64,000 bases of DNA from Eledone cirrhosa (Eukaryota). Made by a program: the position numbers and the translations under genes. A model generated the notes under the pieces. It did not search any database, had not been told where the DNA came from, and saw nothing but the letters and a program-made list of their open reading frames with translations. This document shows positions 53,094-63,486 of the stretch, in pieces. The DNA lies in NCBI GenBank assembly GCA_964016885.1, contig OZ024743.1, positions 350,672,001 to 350,736,000 of the forward strand, given 5' to 3'. The stretch's first letter is position 1, and every line of letters starts with the position of its first letter.

Positions 53094-53465
53094 TCTAATG
53101 CTGTTGTTGTTTATGCTGCTGCTGCTGCTGCTGTTGCGGCTGCTACTGTTGTTTTCCTTGTCACTGTTGCTGCTGCTGCTGTTATTACGGCTGCTACTGC
53201 TATTATTCCTGACGTCAGCCGAATGAAATGGGTTTTCGTATTTCCCGCACACCTTTTTCGTCGTTGTGGTCGTCGTCGTGGAGAAATCTTGCACGCCTTG
53301 CACGTGATTTTTCTTTTCTGGCGTCGCTTGCGAAAGAGAAGGGAGGGAGAGAGACACATTTAGAGAAGGGAGGGAGAGAGACAATCTTCTCTCTGCTGTA
53401 GTGACGATTGAGGAAGAAGACGGAATGAGTGGGAGTGACCTATGAAAATTCTTTTTCGTAGCCAT
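51337..53465 (-). pseudogene. Unit 2 ORF1 type B, disrupted
   Basis: CAA>TAA nonsense codon at 52473-52475 and several indels relative to unit 3. Confidence 0.9.
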
Positions 53466-53681
53466 GTTTTTTTTTTTGTTTAAAATAAATATTGGGCACA
53501 AAACCCCAATAAGCGGTTATTTAACCCCGAAGGGCTAAATAACGGGCAGAAAGACCCCTCTCACGAGGAGGAGGGTGTTTTTGTCTACAAGTTGGTTAAA
53601 GTTTTAAACAATTTACAATTGTTATAGCGGTCAAAATTTACAATACCTTACAGAGCCGAGCCTCCGTCAACCATAGCATTC

Positions 53682-53740
<59 letters not shown>

Positions 53741-54001
53741 TTTCTTTATTAACCACAAGGGTTTACATAAAGTAGACATTAAGGACAGTGCAGGACAATG
53801 CAGGACGGTACAAATGGGCATTTCTGCGTGTAAAAAAAACAAAAACAGAGGATGTAACAAAAATAACAATGAAAATAACAATGAAAAATTCCCCAATAGG
53901 GGGGAGACTTCGGAGGGACATTTGTGGAGAAAGCCCAGTAAAAAGCCACAATGACCCTGACCACCAAGGCAAGTGCCCTCTCCCAGTTTTCCACCTTTAG
54001 T

Positions 54002-57000
54002 TTACAGATATATACTCAGAGTCGGCCCATTCACTCGGGCCATTCTTGCTTCTCTCACCCATCTTTCAACAAAATGCTGGGAAGAGAGCACTTCCTTCTC
54101 TACTCTGATTTTCCTTTTCAAATGAAATTTGAAAAAGTCAATCAGAGCATCACCGAAGAGGTAAGTGCTCGTCTTCAGCCCTTTCAAACGTGTCCACCAT
54201 ACTATCTCTTTCGCCATGGCCACCAGACAGATAAAAACTGCCTGCCCTTCCCGGCTAAAGGAGGAGGGCGGGGCAATCCTCACGATAGACTCAGATGATA
54301 GCTGGATCCGTCCTAAACGCGACAGCAGGTGTTCGACATAAACCCACAAGTCAGCAATTTTCGGACACTGGACGAGTGCGTGCAGGACGGTTTCGTCGCC
54401 CTGCGCGCATCTCGGACATGCCCGGCTGACGGCACCTCCATGCCTGTAGAGTTTATCCCGAACTGGCAAGGCTCCTCGGTAGCACTGCCAGGCCAGAGAT
54501 TTCTGGAAGTTGTCCATAGGCCCCGGCCCGAAAGTTCTTCCGAAGAGATTGGCTAGTTGATTTTCGTCGACGCCTAGAGTTTCCCCAAGTACGTCGTCGC
54601 TCTTCCCCTCCACTAATCCTCTATAGAACGCCGAGGTGGAGTTTCCACCGATCACATTGCCCGATTGGTCGAGGGCTGTGAGCGCCTGAAGACATTCCAG
54701 TCTCCAGGCGCTCCCTCTCGGTCTTCGCTTGACCCAGGACTGCAGCTCCGTCAAGGAAACGAGCTGGGGAAAAACGCGTCTAGCAAACGGGGACCACACC
54801 TGATCACCGTTGAGGAAGAGGTGGAGATGTCGTAGCCTGAGCGCGTGCCTGCGCATCATCAGCCACGGCATGCCCAGCCCTCCACGTAGCGGGTGTTGAC
54901 AACAGATGGACCGCCTGACCATCGGAGCACGTCCCTTCCACAAAAAGCGAAAGAGCAAACGCTCCAGCGCAGTCAGGCGAGGCTTAGGACAAGGTACGAC
55001 GGTTAGGCGGTAGCAGATGACAGACGCGATGTACGCGTTAGCCACCTCCGCTCGACCTTTCAGGGATAGCTTCCTCTCCGCCCATTTCTGGGTGAGAGAA
55101 GCCACCCTGCTCGTCACCTCGTCCCAGTTTTTGTCCGTCTGGAGGTCCGGACCGAACCAGACCCCTAGCAATTTAACCGGTCCGTCCGTCCAGCGCCCGA
55201 CGACGCTGTTGGACGGCATGGACCTGCCTCTCCAGGTGCCGAGCTGCAGGCCCACTGACTTTTCCTGGTTGATCATTGCTCCTGTCACCGCTTCGTATTC
55301 TCTTAGTGTAGTGCCGATCGCCTCGATGTGTTTGGCGTTCGACACCACTACGGTGACATCGTCCGCATATGCTGACACGGATCTTCCGCATCCTAGTTCG
55401 CGCGGGACTCCCCTCAACGTCTCCAGTTTGTGCAGTAATGGCTCGAGAGTCAATACGTACAAGAGGGACGAGAGGGGACATCCTTGGCGGACCGAGCGCA
55501 TGATGTTGAACGGTTCCGACAGGTGACCGTTCACTCTCACCACAGAGCAGATGTCGCTGTGCATGGCAGCGATCCAGCCTCTGAAGACGGGCCCAAAGCC
55601 AGCCGCCCTCAGGACTGCCGCTAGGTAACGATGGTCGACCCTATCGAAAGCTTTCGACTGATCTAAATTGATCAAGGACCCACCCGTGCCAGGTTCCCTA
55701 GCTACCCTCTCTACGATGTATCGCATGAGGTGGAGGTTGTCATGTCTGCGCCTCTCCCACCAGACCACCAACGACAAGCGCCAACCTCTTTGCTAGCACC
55801 TTGGCCAAAATCTTAAACTCTGTGTTTAGCAGAGTTATGGGCCGGAAATTGTCTATGTTATCCCCCTTGTTCGGATCCTTTCTCAGCAGTGCCACCGCTC
55901 CTCGGCTCACAGAACTGGGAATTCTCCCGTTCTGTTGCCAGTTGCAGTAGACGTCCGCCAAGAGGCCTCCGAACAAGTCTGGCATCTGTACGTAAAGTTC
56001 ATAGGGCAGACCATCCAAACCAGGCGATTTACCCCTTGTGCAGCCAGTCATTGCCTCCCGTACTTCAGCGGCTGTTATCGGCTTTTCGCAACACCTCGCC
56101 TCAGTGGCCGAGAGCCGCGGCAGTCCGTCGAGGTAGACACTAAAGTCCATCCCTCTACCCGGCCCCCCGCTGCCCCCGAACAGCTGAGCGAAGTGTCGCT
56201 GAAAAGCTTCACACATTTGCCCGGGATCGAGTAGCATGCGCCCGTCGTGGTCCACCAAAGACCGGATCGTGGCTTTGTTGCCACGACGCGCCTCCGCCAC
56301 TCGGGCCCATTGAACGGCTTTCGTCCCCTCGTGTCTGAGAGCACGCACCCTAGCTCTGACAACGCAGCCTTCGTGCTTTGCATTGAAGAATTGGTCAAGG
56401 GCCAATTTCGCCGCAAGCACGTCGGTCGCAATGCCTTTGCTAAGCGCCTCGTCTAATTTTCTAACTAGTTCTCCCTCTGCTCTATTTTTCTCTATTGCTA
56501 AAGCCTTACTAAACCTAATCGATTCTATTCTAATCGCTCTTTTCAGAGCAAACCACCACTTGTTGTTGGCGATGGCCCCCGTCAACGCCCGCTTAACTAG
56601 TTCGCTAATCCGGTCTCTGTAGGCCTTGCGCGCTGGTAAGGACGCGTTTAGCTTCCAGTAGCCGGGTCCTCGTCTATGAAGCCTATCTAAGTCAAGCACA
56701 CAGGTCACGAATTTGTGGTCCGTGTAGCTGACTATCTTGAATTGTGGACAGCCTATGCTAGACCTATCTATTTCCCTACAAAATACTCTATCTAGATATG
56801 ATCTGGATGACCCTATGCGGTTTGTCCAAGTCCACATTGGCACATTCGGGAAATCCAATCGGTACCTGTCAGACAGTTCAAAACGCCTGAGCAGGTTGGT
56901 GAGGCTCTTGCACCCTCCACCCCTATCCGCTAATCCCACACAGTCCCAGCGTGCATCTAAGATCCCGTTCCAGTCGCCCACTAACACTAAAGAGCGGGAC

Positions 57001-57395
57001 GTTCCAAGAAAGGTCTCCAGACGCCGGAAGAAATCAGGCCGCCCTGCTCCTGTCGGGGCATAGACGGCCACTAGCCTGAAAGCTTGCCCGTCTCCGCTGG
57101 TCACGTCCAGCACCACCAGCTTACCCTCTGGGTCCAGGAAGATGGCCCGTATGGCGAGATCCAAACCTCTCCGAAAAAGCACAGCAACTCCTCCACCCGA
57201 TCCAGGACGGCTGGGAGATGCGTACACATCGTAGCCGCCGAAGATCGGTGCGAAGGCCCGTGCTTCGGAGATTCTGGTCTCGCTGATGGCCACTACATCT
57301 ATGTTTAGTGACCTGAGGTCGTTGAGCAGGTGACCCTGCTTCCATGACGACCCCAAGCCACGCGCATTTATGCTGCCTATTCTGAGTGAGGTCAT
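54002..57395 (-). pseudogene. Unit 3 ORF2 with a single 26-bp deletion
   Basis: The offset to unit 4 changes from 6030 to 6056 at ~55741; otherwise near-identical. Confidence 0.92.
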
Positions 57396-57430
57396 GTTTA
57401 AAATAGAGTGGAAAAGATGGGAAAGACCAC

Positions 57431-59524
57431 TTACCGTACTTTTGGTAGAGGAGGGATGGTTTTTACATCCCTTTTCACTTGATCGTCTGGTGAAGGGACC
57501 GTTGAATCGTCCCTTCGGCTGGTCGTCGGCTCTTCTAAGAGAATGTCTGAATATACTCTTCGATTGATGGTTCCTCCTAGGTCCCTGAAATCACCAACTG
57601 CGTTGGGGAATTTCGTTTTAATGTTTGTGTATTGTTTCTGTGCTATTTTTAGCAGTCTTATGTTAGTTGGCGTTTTGATTGGTGCTGGTATTATGTAGTC
57701 CTGTTGTGAAATGTCTGTGTGTTCAATTATGTAAGTCATTAGTTGCTTGTTGTGTGTGTTTATTGCTGTGCATTTGTTTTTCTGGGGGTGGGGTGTGGTT
57801 CTGCTATTTTCTTGTCGTTGTTGCTGGGTGTGTGTGTTTTGTTGTTGTGTTTGCGATGTTGGTGCTTGTGGTGGTGGTGTTGAAGGTGTTGTTGGCGGTG
57901 GGGTTGTCGCCGGTGGTGATGGTGGTGCTGGTGTGGGTGGTGATGGTGTTGGTGGTGTTGCTGCTGTGGGTCTCTTTGCAGTAGACTTTACCCTTTTCTC
58001 ATTTCTTTCCTCCCTTTTCAAAGGCGACGATGCGCTGCTTCTGCGTTTGTGCCTTCTTGCGACCTTTTGCCATCCCTCTCCCACCTCACACTCCATGTCT
58101 GATTCTGTAAGGTCGGGGAGGGGTACCAGCTCCACTCTTTCACTTGTTGTTGTTGGTGATGTTTGCACTGGAGTCTCTGTTGCAGCTGCATTTGGTATTG
58201 CTGTTGTTGTTGTTAATATTTCCACTGCTGCTGCTGTCTTTGATTTCCGTGGAGTGGGTATGGGTGCCACGGACCTATCGTTCCTGGTTGCCGCTTGTCC
58301 TGTTGCTGGTAGCCGTGGAGCCGGATTCGGAAGGAGGGGGGTTTTCTCCTTTCTCAGGGTCTTCTCGTTGCAGAAGGCCCTGAGGTGAGTCTTCGATCCA
58401 CAGCGAAAGCATTTCGGGCGTTTGCCCTCAACACTTATGGGCAGTTGAGTGCCGTTATCGAAGTCTATCACATCCGGGATAGCTTCGATGCACTCCTGGT
58501 TGGTTTGGATTAGCATCTCAATGGAGGAGCCGACCCAATCTTCTCTTACTTTTTTCTGTACTTGCAGTACAGTTGTTTTGTCCTCGATTCCGACGAGGAC
58601 AGACGCGGCCAGCCAAGAAGGGGTCATTCCGGGGGGGACGTGGGTCAGTTTGACCCTCACAATTTTTTGCCCGCAGTAGGAGGGCACCAACACCATTTCC
58701 TCGCTCCTTAGGGTCACTACTGATTGGGCCTTTGCCTCCTGGGGTGTGGCAAAAAGTACGTCTACGGTGGCATATTTTTTGCCTCGGGTGATGTGCGTTT
58801 TCCGCTGCCACACAGACCCCAAGGCTTTTTGTATTTGGGCCTCTGTGGCTCTTTCCACCCTACGGGATTTTGTACTTAGTGTACGGTACGTGACCGTACA
58901 GTGCTCTTGGGTCTCGAAAAACTTTTCCGCTGCCTTGCAGATTGCTCGGTGTCCGTTCTTTGTCACCATCTTCTTCGCTTCCTCTAATTCCTCATTTGTT
59001 ATGAGGATTGTTTCCAAGTTTTTCGCAATACCTGCAAATGAGATTGGTTTTTCTCTGCTGTTGTTGTTGTCGTCAGAGCTGCTGGTACTTTTGTTGTTGC
59101 TGCAGGTACTACGACTACTGCCTCCGCCGCTGTTGCTGTGGTTGTTGTTGGTGTTGCTGCTGCTAATGCTGTTGTTGTTTATGTTGCTGGTGATGCTGTT
59201 GCGGCTGCTACTGTTGTTTTCATTGTCACTGTTGCTGTTGTTATTACGGCTGCTACTGCTATTATTCCTGACGTCAGACGAATGAACTGGGTTTTCGTAT
59301 TTCCCGCACACCTGTTTCGTCGCTGTCGTCGTCGTCGTGGAGAAACCTTGCACGCTTTGCACGAGACTTTTCTTTTCTTTCGTTGCTTGCGAAAGAGAAG
59401 GGAGGGAGAGAGACACATTTAAAGAAGGGAGGGAGAGAGACAATCTTCTCTCTGCTGTAGTGATGATTGAGGAAGAAGACGGAATGAGTGGGAGTGACGT
59501 ATGAAAATTCTTTTTCGTAGCCAT
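57431..59524 (-). CDS. Unit 3 ORF1 type B, intact, 697 aa (gag-like RNA-binding protein)
   Basis: First ATG gives MATKKNF. Asn/Ser-rich N-terminus, RRM-like region, CFRCGSKTHLRAFC (CX2CX4HX4C), basic patch and Pro/Thr-rich linker. Confidence 0.9.
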   Translation of the reverse strand: MATKKNFHTSLPLIPSSSSIITTAERRLSLSLPSLNVSLSLPSLSQATKEKKSLVQSVQGFSTTTTTATKQVCGKYENPVHSSDVRNNSSSSRNNNSNSDNENNSSSRNSITSNINNNSISSSNTNNNHSNSGGGSSRSTCSNNKSTSSSDDNNNSREKPISFAGIAKNLETILITNEELEEAKKMVTKNGHRAICKAAEKFFETQEHCTVTYRTLSTKSRRVERATEAQIQKALGSVWQRKTHITRGKKYATVDVLFATPQEAKAQSVVTLRSEEMVLVPSYCGQKIVRVKLTHVPPGMTPSWLAASVLVGIEDKTTVLQVQKKVREDWVGSSIEMLIQTNQECIEAIPDVIDFDNGTQLPISVEGKRPKCFRCGSKTHLRAFCNEKTLRKEKTPLLPNPAPRLPATGQAATRNDRSVAPIPTPRKSKTAAAVEILTTTTAIPNAAATETPVQTSPTTTSERVELVPLPDLTESDMECEVGEGWQKVARRHKRRSSASSPLKREERNEKRVKSTAKRPTAATPPTPSPPTPAPPSPPATTPPPTTPSTPPPQAPTSQTQQQNTHTQQQRQENSRTTPHPQKNKCTAINTHNKQLMTYIIEHTDISQQDYIIPAPIKTPTNIRLLKIAQKQYTNIKTKFPNAVGDFRDLGGTINRRVYSDILLEEPTTSRRDDSTVPSPDDQVKRDVKTIPPLPKVR

Positions 59525-59739
59525 GTTTTTTTTTTGTTTAAAATAAATATTGGGCACAAAACCCCAATAAGCGGTTATTTAACCCCGAAGGGCTAAATAA
59601 CGGGCAGAAAGACCCCTCTCACGAGGAGGAGGGTGTTTTTGTCTACAAGTTGGTTAAAGTTTTAAACAATTTACAATTGTTATAGCGGTCAAAATTTACA
59701 ATACCTTACAGAGCCGAGCCTCCGTCAACCATAGCATTC

Positions 59740-59771
<32 letters not shown>

Positions 59772-60031
59772 TTTCTTTATTAACCACAAGGGTTTACATA
59801 AAGTAGACATTAAGGACAGTGCAGGACAATGCAGGACGGTACAAATGGGCATTTCTGCGTGTAAAAAAACAAAAACAGAGGATGTAACAAAAATAACAAT
59901 GAAAATAACAATGAAAAATTCCCCAATAGGGGGGAGACTTCGGAGGGACATTTGTGGAGAAAGCCCAGTAAAAAGCCACAATGACCCTGACCACCAAGGC
60001 AAGTGCCCTCTCCCAGTTTTCCACCTTTAGT

Positions 60032-63000
60032 TTACAGATATATACTCAGAGTCGGCCCATTCACTCGGGCCATTCTTGCTTCTCTCACCCATCTTTCAAC
60101 AAAATGCTGGGAAGAGAGCACTTCCTTCTCTACTCTGATTTTCCTTTTCAAATGAAATTTGAAAAAGTCAATCAGAGCATCACCGAAGAGGTAAGTGCTC
60201 GTCTTCAGCCCTTTCAAACGTGTCCACCACACTATCTCCTTCGCCATGGCCACCAGACAGATAAAAACTGCCTGCCCTTCCCGGCTAAAGGAGGAGGGCG
60301 GGGCAATCCTCACGATAGACTCAGATGATAGCTGGATCCGTCCTAAACGCGACAGCAGGTGTTCGACATAAACCCACAAGTCAGCAATTTTCGGACACTG
60401 GACGAGTGCGTGCAGGACGGTTTCGTCGCCCTGCGCGCATCTCGGACATGCCCGGCTGACGGCACCTCCATGCCTGTAGAGTTTATCCCGAACTGGCAAG
60501 GCTCCTCGGTAGCACTGCCAGGCCAGAGATTTCTGGAAGTTGTCCATAGGCCCTGGCCCGAAGGTTCTTCCGAAGAGATTGGCTAGTTGATTTTCGTCGA
60601 CGCCTAGAGTTTCCCCAAGTACGTCGTCGCTCTTCCCCTCCACTAATCCTCTATAGAACGCCGAGGTGGAGTTTCCACCGATCACATTGCCCGATTGGTC
60701 GAGGGCTGTGAGCGCCTGAAGACATTCCAGTCTCCAGGCGCTCCCTCTCGGTCTTCGCTTGACCCAGGACTGCAGCTCCGTCAAGGAAACGAGCTGGGGA
60801 AAAACGCGTCTAGCAAACGGCGACCACACCTGATCACCGTCGAGGAAGAGGTGGAGATGTCGTAGCCTGAGCGCGTGCCTGCGCATCATCAGCCACGGCA
60901 TGCCCAGCCCTCCACGTAGCGGGTGTTGACAACAGATGGACCGCCTGACCATCGGAGCACGTCCCTTCCACAAAAAGCGAAAGAGCAAACGCTCCAGCGC
61001 AGTCAGGCGAGGCTTAGGACAAGGTACGACGGTTAGGCGGTAGCAGATGACAGACGCGATGTACGCGTTAGCCACCTCCGCTCGACCTTTCAGGGATAGC
61101 TTCCTCTCCGCCCATTTCTGGGTGAGAGAAGCCACCCTGCTCGTCACCTCGTCCCAGTTTTTGTCCGTCTGGAGGTCCGGACCGAACCAGACCCCTAGCA
61201 ATTTAACCGGTCCGTCCGTCCAGCGCCCGACGACGCTGTTGGACGGCATGGACCTGCCTCTCCAGGTGCCGAGCTGCAGGCCCACTGACTTTTCCTGGTT
61301 GATCATTGCTCCTGTCACCGCTTCGTATTCTCTTAGTGTAGTGCCGATCGCCTCGATGTGTTTGGCGTTCGACACCACTACGGTGACATCGTCCGCATAT
61401 GCTGACACGGATCTTCCGCATCCTAGTTCGCGCGGGACTCCCCTCAACGTCTCCAGTTTGTGCAGTAATGGCTCGAGAGTCAATACGTACAAGAGGGACG
61501 AGAGGGGACATCCTTGGCGGACCGAGCGCATGATGTTGAACGGTTCCGACAGGTGACCGTTCACTCTCACCACAGAGCAGATGTCGCTGTGCATGGCAGC
61601 GATCCAGCCTCTGAAGACGGGCCCAAAGCCAGCCGCCCTCAGGACTGCCGCTAGGTAACGATGGTCGACCCTATCGAAAGCTTTCGACTGATCTAAATTG
61701 ATCAAGGACCCACCCGTGCCAGGTTCCCTAGCTACCCTCTCTACGATGTATCGCATGAGGTGGAGGTTGTCGTGGATGGATCTGTCGGGAATGGCGCATG
61801 TCTGCGCCTCTCCCACCAGACCACCAACGACAAGCGCCAACCTCTTTGCTAGCACCTTGGCCAAAATCTTAAACTCTGTGTTTAGCAGAGTTATGGGCCG
61901 GAAATTGTCTATGTTATCCCCCTTGTTCGGATCCTTTCTCAGCAGTGCCACCGCTCCTCGGCTCACAGAACTGGGAATTCTCCCGTTCTGTTGCCAGTTG
62001 CAGTAGACGTCCGCCAAGAGGCCTCCGAACAAGTCTGGCATCTGTACGTAAAGTTCATAGGGCAGACCATCCAAACCAGGCGATTTGCCCCTTGTGCAGC
62101 CAGTCATCGCCTCCCTTACTTCAGCGGCTGTTATCGGCTTTTCGCAACACTTCGCCTCAGTGGCCGAGAGCCGCGGCAGTCCGTCGAGGTAGACACTAAA
62201 GTCCATCCCTCTACCCGGCCCCCCGCTGCCCCCGAACAGCTGAGCGAAGTGTTGCTGAAAAGCTTCACACATTTGCCCGGGATCGAGTAGCATGCGCCCG
62301 TCGTGGTCCACCAAAGACCGGATCGTGGCTTTGTTGCCACGACGCGCCTCCGCCACTCGGGCCCATTGAACGGCTTTCGTCCCCTCGTGTCTGAGAGCAC
62401 GCACCCTAGCTCTGACAACGCAGCCTTCGTGCTTTGCATTGAAGAATTGGTCAAGGGCCAATTTCGCCGCAAGCACGTCGGTCGCAATGCCTTTGCTAAG
62501 CGCCTCGTCTAATTTTCTAACTAGTTCTCCCTCTGCTCTATTTTTCTCTATTGCTAAAGCCTTACTAAACCTAATCGATTCTATTCTAATCGCTCTTTTC
62601 AGAGCAAACCACCACTTGTTGTTGACGATGGCCCCCGTCAACGCCCGCTTAACTAGTTCGCTAATCCGGTCTCTGTAGGCCTTGCGCGCTGGTAAGGACG
62701 CGTTTAGCTTCCAGTAGCCGGGTCCTCGTCTATGAAGCCTATCTAAGTCAAGCACACAGATCACAAATTTGTGGTCCGTGTAGCTGACTATCTTGAATTG
62801 TGGACAGCCTATGCTAGACCTATCTATTTCCCTACAAAATACTCTATCTAGATATGATCTGGATGACCCTATGCGGTTTGTCCAAGTCCACATTGGCACA
62901 TTCGGGAAATCCAATCGGTACCTGTCAGACAGTTCAAAACGCCTGAGCAGGTTGGTGAGGCTCTTGCACCCTCCACCCCTATCCGCTAATCCCACACAGT

Positions 63001-63451
63001 CCCAGCGTGCATCTAAGATCCCGTTCCAGTCGCCCACTAACACTAAAGAGCGGGACGTTCCAAGAAAGGTCTCCAGACGCCGGAAGAAATCAGGCCGCCC
63101 TGCTCCTGTCGGGGCATAGACGGCCACTAGCCTGAAAGCTTGCCCGTCTCCGCTGGTCACGTCCAGCACCACCAGCTTACCCTCTGGGTCCAGGAAGATG
63201 GCCCGTATGGCGAGATCCAAACCTCTCCGAAAAAGCACAGCAACTCCTCCACCGGATCCAGGACGGCTGGGAGATGCGTACACATCGAAGCCGCCGAAGA
63301 TCGGTGCGAAGGCCCGTGCTTCGGAGATTCTGGTCTCGCTGATGGCCACTACATCTATGTTTAGTGACCTGAGGTCGTTGAGCAGGTGACCCTGCTTCCA
63401 TGACGACCCCAAGCCACGCGCATTTATGCTGCCTATTCTGAGTGAGGTCAT
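60032..63451 (-). CDS. Unit 4 ORF2, intact, 1139 aa: APE endonuclease, reverse transcriptase, CCHC finger
   Basis: INARGL, SETR, VYAP, GDWN, LDR, TDH, YWKLN, FRPITLLN, LDQSKAFD, RQGCPLS, YADD and CPRC..ETVLHALVQC. The WKLN linker and a CCHC ORF1 point to the Tx1 group. Confidence 0.95.
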   Translation of the reverse strand: MTSLRIGSINARGLGSSWKQGHLLNDLRSLNIDVVAISETRISEARAFAPIFGGFDVYASPSRPGSGGGVAVLFRRGLDLAIRAIFLDPEGKLVVLDVTSGDGQAFRLVAVYAPTGAGRPDFFRRLETFLGTSRSLVLVGDWNGILDARWDCVGLADRGGGCKSLTNLLRRFELSDRYRLDFPNVPMWTWTNRIGSSRSYLDRVFCREIDRSSIGCPQFKIVSYTDHKFVICVLDLDRLHRRGPGYWKLNASLPARKAYRDRISELVKRALTGAIVNNKWWFALKRAIRIESIRFSKALAIEKNRAEGELVRKLDEALSKGIATDVLAAKLALDQFFNAKHEGCVVRARVRALRHEGTKAVQWARVAEARRGNKATIRSLVDHDGRMLLDPGQMCEAFQQHFAQLFGGSGGPGRGMDFSVYLDGLPRLSATEAKCCEKPITAAEVREAMTGCTRGKSPGLDGLPYELYVQMPDLFGGLLADVYCNWQQNGRIPSSVSRGAVALLRKDPNKGDNIDNFRPITLLNTEFKILAKVLAKRLALVVGGLVGEAQTCAIPDRSIHDNLHLMRYIVERVAREPGTGGSLINLDQSKAFDRVDHRYLAAVLRAAGFGPVFRGWIAAMHSDICSVVRVNGHLSEPFNIMRSVRQGCPLSSLLYVLTLEPLLHKLETLRGVPRELGCGRSVSAYADDVTVVVSNAKHIEAIGTTLREYEAVTGAMINQEKSVGLQLGTWRGRSMPSNSVVGRWTDGPVKLLGVWFGPDLQTDKNWDEVTSRVASLTQKWAERKLSLKGRAEVANAYIASVICYRLTVVPCPKPRLTALERLLFRFLWKGRAPMVRRSICCQHPLRGGLGMPWLMMRRHALRLRHLHLFLDGDQVWSPFARRVFPQLVSLTELQSWVKRRPRGSAWRLECLQALTALDQSGNVIGGNSTSAFYRGLVEGKSDDVLGETLGVDENQLANLFGRTFGPGPMDNFQKSLAWQCYRGALPVRDKLYRHGGAVSRACPRCAQGDETVLHALVQCPKIADLWVYVEHLLSRLGRIQLSSESIVRIAPPSSFSREGQAVFICLVAMAKEIVWWTRLKGLKTSTYLFGDALIDFFKFHLKRKIRVEKEVLSSQHFVERWVREARMARVNGPTLSIYL

Positions 63452-63486
63452 GTTTAAAATAGAGTGGAAAAGATGGGAAAGACCAC

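Larger units (their letters stand above)
47721..53681 (-). mobile_element. Tx1/L1-clade LINE unit 2, full length (type-B 5' module, unit-1-like 3' end)
   Basis: 5' end GAATGCTATGG, (ATT)7 tail, 3'UTR like unit 1. Confidence 0.92.
53682..59739 (-). mobile_element. Tx1/L1-clade LINE unit 3, full length (type B)
   Basis: Same 5' end as unit 2, (ATT)19 tail, 6058 bp. Confidence 0.93.

Noticed and set aside
53620-53681. Canonical HDV-like ribozyme at the LINE 5' ends
   Set aside because: The helix order is reminiscent, but P3/L3 sizes, P1.1 and the catalytic C are missing, and the type-A end does not fit either. Kept only as a generic structured RNA.
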